From positions 1 through 15,797 of the forward strand of contig NW_021825414.1 of assembly GCF_006345805.1 (NCBI RefSeq): a stretch of 15,797 nt of DNA. The letters are read 5' to 3'. Numbering within the stretch: the first letter of the stretch is position 1; the number at the start of each line of letters is the position of its first letter. Below are positions 8,341 to 15,797 of this stretch, piece after piece. Both the position numbers and the translations under genes were made by a program. Under the pieces are notes generated by a model. It saw only the letters and a list, made by a program, of their open reading frames with translations, was not told the origin of the DNA and did not search any database. Source of the stretch: Octopus sinensis (lineage: Eukaryota).

Positions 8341-8838
8341 AGCATATTCAAATAGAAATGGTTGTTATACATAAATAAGTTGAGTTTTTTTCTAAGGGAC
8401 TGGATTTTGATAAGATTTCGTTTGTTAACTGAGAGATGAAGACAAACATTTGGTTCTTATAATCTAGAGGATAATTTCTTGAATACAAGGAATTTGTACA
8501 TTGTATACAGCCGTGTTGCGATAAACCGGGGTTCCTTTATTTTCACCTCCATTTCGTACAGAGTTCCTTTCGTTTATAATTATGCGACTGCATGCCGGCC
8601 TAACTGTCCGACATTGAAACTAAAACATATGTAGACTCAAAACGTATGTAGATTCAAATCGAGGCTCAAATCTACCTCCGTGGCTCAAATTGAGGCTAAA
8701 GTTCGTAAATGTGGCGCAATCAAGCCAAAATTTTTGCTTGTTTTTTTTTAAGTATTTTTTTTTTTTACTAAATTTCTGAGAAAATAGATTTTGAAAAAAA
8801 TATTATCAGCACGATTTCCGTTGCATGAAGAATATGCA

Positions 8839-8840
<2 letters not shown>

Positions 8841-8931
<91 letters not shown>
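8841..8931 (+). repeat. (TAA)n microsatellite with no inserted element
   Basis: Direct reading. Confidence 0.95.
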
Positions 8932-8932
<1 letters not shown>

Positions 8933-9126
8933 TTTGACCTCATACATTGGCAACGAATATGTTTTATTGTTTGTTTGTTTTTTTAACAATTTATCCTTAA
9001 TTGGAGTTCATATTTAGATTTTTCTAATAAACGAAAATGCACCGGTAATTTTGAGCGCTCATTTTTATTTTTATTTTTTTCATGTTTTCTTATCTTTCTT
9101 AAGGTTTCTTTTTCATTCTTCATTAG

Positions 9127-9165
9127 CTCCGTGACATATTTTCTGTTTCTACTTTACAGGTGAGA
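9127..9165 (+). promoter_or_regulatory. Strong 3' splice site immediately followed by a 5' splice site motif (candidate recursive splice site)
   Basis: GTGAC (branch A candidate at 9134), then ATATTTTCTGTTTCTACTTTACAG|GTGAGA, with no AG in 9127-9157. Confidence 0.45.
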
Positions 9166-9263
9166 AAAAATATTTTTTAAACAATTAATATGAAATGAGA
9201 AAACTGTCATCATCTTAGTTTAATTCTAGATATCCATGATGAATGATTCTCTATAATGGACAA

Positions 9264-9298
9264 TATGTGTGTATATATGTGTGTGTATGTATGTATGC

Positions 9299-9385
<87 letters not shown>

Positions 9386-9498
9386 CATATATAGATAGAT
9401 ATGTGATATATATATATATATATATATGTATGTATATGAATATATATACATTATATATATAAATAGATATGTGATATATCATATACACATATAATATA

Positions 9499-9553
<55 letters not shown>

Positions 9554-9562
9554 TATATATAT
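9264..9562. repeat. (TA)n-dominated microsatellite block
   Basis: Direct reading. Confidence 0.95.
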
Positions 9563-9648
9563 TTCAGGAGTTTGATAAAAAAAAAAAACAGTTGGAAGAA
9601 AATTATTCAAAAACGATAGCCTTCTACGACGGCAGATGGGCATGACCT

Positions 9649-9784
9649 CAGATCTTTTGATCAGAGATCATTACAACAGCTTCAGAATATGGACTTTCTT
9701 AGTTAAACATATTTTGTATCTCTCTGCTCGTTAATCTACACGAATGTTCTTGCCATGATATTTTCAGAAACCAAACGAAGAAAC
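9649..9784 (+). repeat. 136-bp segment duplicated at 11886-12021 (putative donor copy)
   Basis: Ungapped alignment, 127/136 identical, with the first 50 nt identical. Confidence 0.95.
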
Positions 9785-10364
9785 AATATACATACAAAAA
9801 ACTTTAAGTGCCTGAGCCATAGCTTATATCGTTTTAGATGGCATAAAATAATTTCGAAGATAACATATGACAATGATATTTCAAATGTGGCATTTCTTTC
9901 TGTAATTAGGTATTAACAAGAAATGATTTTAGTGAAATATTAATATCCAATAAAGAAAAAACAGCTCGCCTCCCACATATAAATAAAATAAAATTACTAA
10001 ACGGAAACTGATATAATTCGCCCTCCTTACGACGTGAATGTAAACACCAACTAGAAATTTCCTGTCCTTGATAAAAATTAATTTCTCAAACCCACATAAA
10101 TACGATGGAGTCATAAAAATGAAACCCATAGGAAGGTATATCTTTGACATCATCTACGAACGAACTGCACTCACGATAATTTTGACTGTACAGAGACGAC
10201 GGGTTAGTTTCTTATAATTTGATCGCCCACATCATGAAGAGATTCAAAAATCAACGATAGGAAATTATTTGATTGCAATAATGTTAAGGTGAGCTATAGG
10301 TGAGAGGGTAAAAATCACTTCTCGTAATTTACACCAAGTGAAAAGAAGAAGAGAAAAGGAGAGA

Positions 10365-10962
10365 TTAATATGATTACTTCCCAATCATCTGGCCCTTAGA
10401 CTCAGTCCCACTACGCGGCATCTCGGGTAGGTGTCTTCTACTAAGGCTACACACCGACCAAAGCTTTGCGAGTAGATTTGGTAGACGGGAACGGGAAGAC
10501 GTCCGTCGTATATATATACATACATACGTACATACATACATATATACATACATACATACACACATACATACATACACACACACGTACATACATACACACA
10601 TACATACATACATACACACATACATGCATACACACATACATACATACACACATACACACATACATACGTAAATACATACATACATACATACACACATACA
10701 TACATACACACACACGTACATACATACACACATACATACATACATACATACACACATACATACATACACACATACATACATACACACATACACACATACA
10801 TACGTAAATACATACATACATACATACACACATACATACATACACACACACGTACATACATACATACATACATACATACTTACATACATACATACATACA
10901 TACTTACATACATACATACACACACATACATACATACATACAAACATACATACATACATACA

Positions 10963-10995
<33 letters not shown>

Positions 10996-11180
10996 GTGTG
11001 TATGTGTTTTTGTAGTGGTTTGTTTACGTCCTGTAAGCTTACTTTTGCGGTTTAGCAAAATAGACCCGCAGAATAAGAGGTGGGACCGACTTGTCATTTC
11101 CTCGACTAAAACCCTTCAAAGCAGTGCCCCAGTATGGCCGCAGTCCAATAACTAAAGCAAGTAAAAGATAAAGGATGAAA
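10365..11180 (+). mobile_element. Old SINE family B' with a ~490-bp expanded internal (TACA)n array
   Basis: The 5' part CAGTCCCACTACGCGGCATCTCGGGTAGGTGTCTTCTAC...GATTTGGTAGACGGGAAC aligns to family B. The 3' part is CGACTAAAACCCTTCAAAGCAGTGCCCCAGTATGGCCGCAGTCC...AAGTAAAAGATAAA. Confidence 0.85.
10508..10992 (+). repeat. (TACA)n/(CA)n array with a 132-140-bp higher-order repeat
   Basis: Marker CGTAA at 10667 and 10803 (136 apart); marker CACACGTAC with CG at 10583, 10715 and 10851. Confidence 0.9.
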
Positions 11181-11428
11181 ATATTCTTAGACAAGTTCCT
11201 CAGGTCATTGAATGTACTTCAAGGATCTACAGAAAGTTTTGGAGAAGCATTTCGTTAGAAGAAGGGAAGCGCGTGATTTCAACTTTCTAGGATCTCATCA
11301 GTTGAAATGAAATATTTCCCTAGGCTGCCTAGAGATCAGACTGACTATAGACATACGAATAGGCCCAGGGATGCTTCTAGAAAAAAAATTTAACAGTAAA
11401 GTACACACTCAATTTACTCATGTATTAA

Positions 11429-11678
11429 ATGTTCCTTCTCGAGCCATGCCAGGCTCATAAGGGCCGGTTTCCCGGTTTCAGTGGCGTACAAATTCCCCAC
11501 CTGGACGAGACGCCGGTCCGTCGCAGGATTACTCATTTTTACCAGCTGAGCGGACTGGAGCAACGTGAAAATGAAGTGTTTTGCTCAAGAACACAACGCA
11601 TCGCTTGATCCAGGAATCGAAACCACAACCTTACGATCATGAGTTCAACACCCTAACCACTAAGCCACGCACCTCCAC
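11429..11678 (-). mobile_element. tRNA-derived SINE family C, full length
   Basis: On the minus strand, a consensus A box TGGCTTAGTGG (11657-11667) and a B box GGTTTCGATTCC (11613-11624). The body is colinear with the adjacent copy. Confidence 0.92.
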
Positions 11679-11689
11679 TTGCACCCTTT

Positions 11690-12042
11690 TAAAGCCTAGC
11701 CAGCCTCATGGGCCCGGTTGGCGTATGTGTTCCCCAGCTGGACGGGACGCCAGTCCATCACAGCGTTACTCATTTTTGCCAGCTGAGTGGACTGGAGCAA
11801 CGTGAAAATGAAGTGTCTTGCTCAAGAACACAACGCGTCGCCCGGTCCAGGAATCGAAACCACAACCTTACGATCATGAGTTCAACAGATCTTTTGATCA
11901 GAGATCATTACAACAGCTTCAGAATATGGACTTTCTCAGATAAACACATTTTGCATCTCCCTGCTCGTTAATGTACACGGATGTTCTAGCCATGATATTT
12001 TCAGAAACCAAACGAGGAAACCACGAAGCCACGCGACTCCAC
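11690..12042 (-). mobile_element. SINE family C, variant tail, head interrupted by a 136-bp copied segment
   Basis: Aligns to 11429-11678 except for the insert at 11886-12021 between the A and B boxes and a small deletion near the tail. Confidence 0.9.
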
Positions 12043-12311
12043 GTAGTAAGTATAGAGATGTTAATTAATCAAAATCCCAATGTTCTTAACGAGAAACTTC
12101 ATTAAGTAAACGCTTAATTATGGTCCAAATATTGGATGTTAGGCATTTATCAGTTTCGCGGATACAACCGTTTGTTGATGCTGCAGGTTTGTCAATAACC
12201 GATAGAGAAAAATGATACAACACTCCACACAGCGGAGAGATTAATTATTTCTGTTTTAAAGAAAAAAAATATTTCGATCTTTCCACCAGTTTAATTAAAA
12301 GTTACCACAAT

Positions 12312-12568
<257 letters not shown>

Positions 12569-13116
12569 GAGTGAGAGAGCAGTGCATGCCATCAAAGTGA
12601 CACTGGGGTAAAATATACGAAGCCCAATATACCCATCATGACTACCCGTCTGATAAGGGTACACCAGGCACATGCATCACAACCATATGTGCGCGACATG
12701 GTGATCTCATATCAAGATAAACAGCACATGACCTTGCAGGTGGGGCCCAGTTAGAATTTTCTTCAGGGTGAGTAGCCCATCCCGCTCAAAAGGTCCCTGA
12801 ATAAGGGTTCTTTAAGGATGTTGAAAGAAACCACCCATGTTTCAAAGGGGAATTATTCAAAACCCAAAGAATCCCTCTCAACACATGGCTATGATACTCC
12901 CCCACTACTTCTGCTCGTGATCAGAGATGCACATATCGTCAGCCACTAAGGGACATCCTCAACTGGTTAAGGTCAAACAACTGACAAGCAAATCTGTGGT
13001 ATTGAGCAGAATATTTGCTGTAGCCCATCTTTTATACCAAGACAAAACAATGTACATGATAACACTTCCAATCAGTTAAGATCAGAAGCCATGAGAGCCA
13101 CTGCCTGGTACTGCAT
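12569..13116 (-). mobile_element. ~548-bp non-autonomous element without recognisable Pol III boxes, embedded in triplet arrays
   Basis: About 90% identical by eye to 14191-14684. Both copies start at the same base (GAGTGAGAGAGC) directly after (ATT)n. Minus orientation is inferred from the shared left end and the variable right end. Confidence 0.8.
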
Positions 13117-13127
13117 TGTTGTTGTTG

Positions 13128-13179
<52 letters not shown>

Positions 13180-13205
13180 TATCATCATCATCATCATTAT
13201 TATCA

Positions 13206-13258
<53 letters not shown>
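13117..13258 (+). repeat. (GTT)n-(CAT)n-(TAT)n compound microsatellite
   Basis: Direct reading. Confidence 0.95.
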
Positions 13259-13259
<1 letters not shown>

Positions 13260-13260
13260 C

Positions 13261-13410
13261 ACGTTCCGAGTTCAAATTCCGCCGAGGTCAGCTTTGCCTT
13301 TCATCCTTTAGGGGTCGATAAATTAAGTACCAGTTACACACTGGAGTCAATGTAATTGACGAGTCCCTTCCCCAAAAATTTCAGGCTTTGTGCCTATAGT
13401 AGAACGAATT
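13261..13410 (+). mobile_element. SINE family A, tail type 2, 5'-truncated just before the B box
   Basis: ACGTTCCGAGTTCAAATTCCGCCGAGGTC matches 507-535; the tail CAGGCTTTGTGCCTATAGTAGAACGAATT is followed by (ATT)n. Confidence 0.9.
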
Positions 13411-13448
13411 ATTATTATTATTATTATTATTATTGTTGTTGTTGTTGT

Positions 13449-13944
13449 CTTTGCACAGCTTCTAAAGCTGGAGATGTGCTACGGTGTCAGCTGTTCACTA
13501 CCAGTGAACTAAGATAAACGCTTTATTTTTCGAGCACCTTCCAGAGTATTCGAGCGGTTCCAAGCAGTGCAGTTTTCTGCAAGTGTTCCAGCCTAAATGC
13601 AGCCCCTATTTGTTCCATGTACTTCTCAAGATTTTTACTCACTTTCCCCAAGGCTCCGATAATTATTGGTACTACTACCACCTTTTTCAGCGACCACTGC
13701 TTAACTTCCCAAGCCAACCTATTATATCTATCGACTTTTCTTTCTTCCTTATTGCATACCTTGTTGTCAGCTGGGCATGCTAGGTCTATGACACAGCATC
13801 GTTCGCTTTCTTTCTCAATTAAGACTCTGGTTTCCTCCTCTCTATCTCATGGTCACACTGATTCATAAAATCCCATAGGATCTTTGCATTAATATTTTCG
13901 ATGATGCCTTCGGGTTTATGTTCCACCAACTTTTTGCTCTGTCA
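13449..13944 (-). pseudogene. 5'-truncated 3' end of a second RLE-type (R4/Dong-like) non-LTR retrotransposon with a (CAA)n(TAA)n tail
   Basis: Minus-strand translation across frameshifts: EHKPEGIIENINAKILWDFMNQCDHEIERRKP/VLIEKESERCCVIDLACPADNKVCNKEERKVDRYNRLAWEVKQWSLKKVVVVPIIIGALGKVSKNLEKYMEQIGAAFRLEHLQKTALLGTARILWKVLEK* (includes track ORF 13523-13717). This is a typical RLE C-terminus, followed by a ~75-nt 3' UTR. Confidence 0.88.
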
Positions 13945-14012
13945 ATTATTATTATTATTATTATTATTATTACTCTTATTATTATTATATTATTATTATT
14001 ATTATAATATAC

Positions 14013-14047
<35 letters not shown>

Positions 14048-14132
14048 TATTATATTATTATTATTATTATTATTAAAATTATTATTATTATTATTATAAT
14101 TATTATTATTTAATTATAATTATTATTATTAG

Positions 14133-14165
<33 letters not shown>

Positions 14166-14190
14166 TTATAATACTTATTATTATTATTAT
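13945..14190 (+). repeat. Degenerate (ATT)n microsatellite
   Basis: Direct reading. Confidence 0.95.
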
Positions 14191-14684
14191 GAGTGAGAGA
14201 GCAGTGCTTGCCATCAAAGTTGACACTGGGGTACAAATACAACGAAGCAGTATCCCCATCGATGACTACCCGTCTGATAAGGGTACACTAGGCACATGCA
14301 TCACAACCATATGTGCGCGACATGGTGATCTCATATCAAGATTAACAGCGCATGACCTTGCGGGTGGAGCCCAGTTAGAATTTTTTTCAGGTTGGGTAGC
14401 CCATCCCGTTCAAAAGGTCCCTGAATAAGGTTTGTTTGAGGATGTTGAACGAAACACACATGTTTCCAGAGGTGAATTATCGAAACCCCAAAGAATTCCT
14501 CTCAACACAAGCCTATGATAGTCCCTCACTACTTCCGCTCGGGATCAGAGATGCACATATCATCAGCCACTAAGGGACATACTCAACTGGTTATGGTCAA
14601 ACAACTGACAAGCAAATCTGTGGTATTGATCAAAATATTTGCTGTAGCCCATCTTTTATATCAAGACAAAACAATGTATATGAT
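14191..14684 (-). mobile_element. Second copy (494 bp, truncated at the right end) of the ~548-bp element
   Basis: Colinear with 12569 to about 13060. Confidence 0.8.
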
Positions 14685-15325
14685 GTGTATCTATGCTGCG
14701 TTTGACCCCACCACCGTTTGACAGCCGGTGTTGGTTTGTTTACGTTCCCTTAACTCAGTGATTCAATAAAAGAGCCTAGTAAAATATTTACCAGACTTGT
14801 TTTAAAAAATGATTACTAGAAATAGATGCAGGAGTGACAGTGTGGTAAGTAGCTTGTTTACCAACCACATGGTTCCGGGTTCACTCCCACTGCCTGGCAC
14901 CTTGGGCAAGTGTCTTCTACTATAGCCTCGGACCGACCAAAGCCTTGTGAATGGATTTGGTAGACGGAAACTGAAAGAAACCCGTCGTATAACTGTATAT
15001 ATATATATATGCGTGTGTGTGTTTGTGTGTCTGTGTTTGTCCCCCTAGCATTGCTTGACAACCGATGCTGGTGTGTTTATATCCCGTTACTTAGCGGTTC
15101 GGCAAAAGAGACCGATAGAATAAATACTGGGCTTACAAAAGAATAAGTACCGGGGTCGAGTTGCTCGATTAAAAGGCGGTGCTCCAGCAGCGCCGCAGTC
15201 AAATGACTGAAACAAGTAAAAGAGTAAAGAGTAAAGAGTAAAGAAAATTGATCTGTTCAACTAAAACCCTGCAGGGCGGTGCCCCAGCATGGGCGCAGTC
15301 CAATGAAGGGAAACAGATAAAAGTA
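14685..15325 (+). mobile_element. Old SINE B' 3' half (14685-14824 plus 15245-15325), split by a younger family B copy
   Basis: The left part CCCCACCACCGTTTGACAGCCGGTGTTGGTTTGTTTACG and the right part GATCTGTTCAACTAAAACCCTGCAGGGCGGTGCCCCAGCATGG continue the B' order seen at 11010-11180. Confidence 0.7.
14825..15244 (+). mobile_element. tRNA-derived SINE family B, full length
   Basis: A-box-like AGTGACAGTGTGG (14833-14845), B-box-like GGGTTCACTCCC (14877-14888) and an (AAGAGTA)n tail. Colinear with 4913-5326 on the opposite strand. Confidence 0.92.
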
Positions 15326-15494
15326 CAGCACAGAATTTAAGGCCATAGCTTCGGGTAGTCATTAAGAGACAATGGAGTATTTTTAATAGAACCCAGAGGC
15401 TGGTAAAGACATTCTATGAAAAGAAACTGAATCAAAGACGTCTGGGTTCTTGGGAGCCAAATCTGGAATCTTTAATTATGAATATAGAGAAGGT

Positions 15495-15625
15495 GTGCGT
15501 GTGTGTGTATATGATGCAGGTGTGTAGGTTGCTTGTGTGTATGCCTGCTGCATATGCATATACTAATATAGGCACATATGTGTGTTTGTCTGTATTTAAA
15601 TTAATGTATGTAATATTTGTGTGTG

Positions 15626-15667
<42 letters not shown>

Positions 15668-15700
15668 GCACAATATATCAATTTTTCATGTGAACCAGTT

Positions 15701-15748
<48 letters not shown>

Positions 15749-15797
15749 TGTATGTATGTATGTATGTATATATATATAATATATATATATAGATATA
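15495..15797. repeat. (TG)n/(TA)n/(TATG)n low-complexity region
   Basis: Direct reading. Confidence 0.9.

Noticed and set aside
9052-9061. Palindrome TGAGCGCTCA resembling the symmetric lac operator core
   Set aside because: It is only 10 bp, the flanks do not extend the match, and there is no vector context.
9236-9242. C-box motif ATGATGA (possible C/D snoRNA)
   Set aside because: There is no D box (CTGA) or terminal stem at a suitable distance, and the sequence runs into microsatellite.
9658-9668. TGATCAGAGAT shared between the 136-bp segment and the ~550-bp element
   Set aside because: The match is only 11 nt and does not extend convincingly on either side.
11276-11308. 9-bp inverted repeat ATTTCAACT/AGTTGAAAT
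   Set aside because: It is an AT-rich short stem expected by chance in 16 kb, with no second copy or context.
11600-11678. tRNA gene
   Set aside because: It has good A and B boxes but continues into a repeated SINE body, and I cannot form a complete cloverleaf with an acceptor stem. The same applies to the family A and B heads.

Overview
AT-rich, repeat-saturated eukaryotic non-coding DNA (intron or intergenic). I find no intact protein-coding gene; almost every ORF in the track is a microsatellite or an incidental reading of a SINE. The SINE set, the (TTAGGG)n tract and the microsatellite load resemble octopus (coleoid cephalopod) DNA, but that is recognition from memory, not a search result. 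Contents: about 13 pieces of tRNA-derived SINE family A (three 3' tail variants), 4 copies or pieces of SINE family B/B', 2 tandem copies of SINE family C, two decayed 3' fragments of different RLE-endonuclease (R4/Dong-like) non-LTR retrotransposons, two copies of a ~550-bp element lacking recognisable Pol III boxes, a mariner-like MITE and an inverted-repeat element carrying telomeric repeats. Family labels A/B/C are mine. The most notable observations are: (1) strict, opposite strand polarity of SINE-A versus RLE-type elements within (TAA)n arrays; (2) a head-to-tail SINE dimer inside one 14-bp target-site duplication; (3) a 136-bp segment apparently copied from 2.2 kb away into a SINE head, with microhomologies and no TSD; (4) a candidate recursive (zero-length exon) splice site at 9159/9160.
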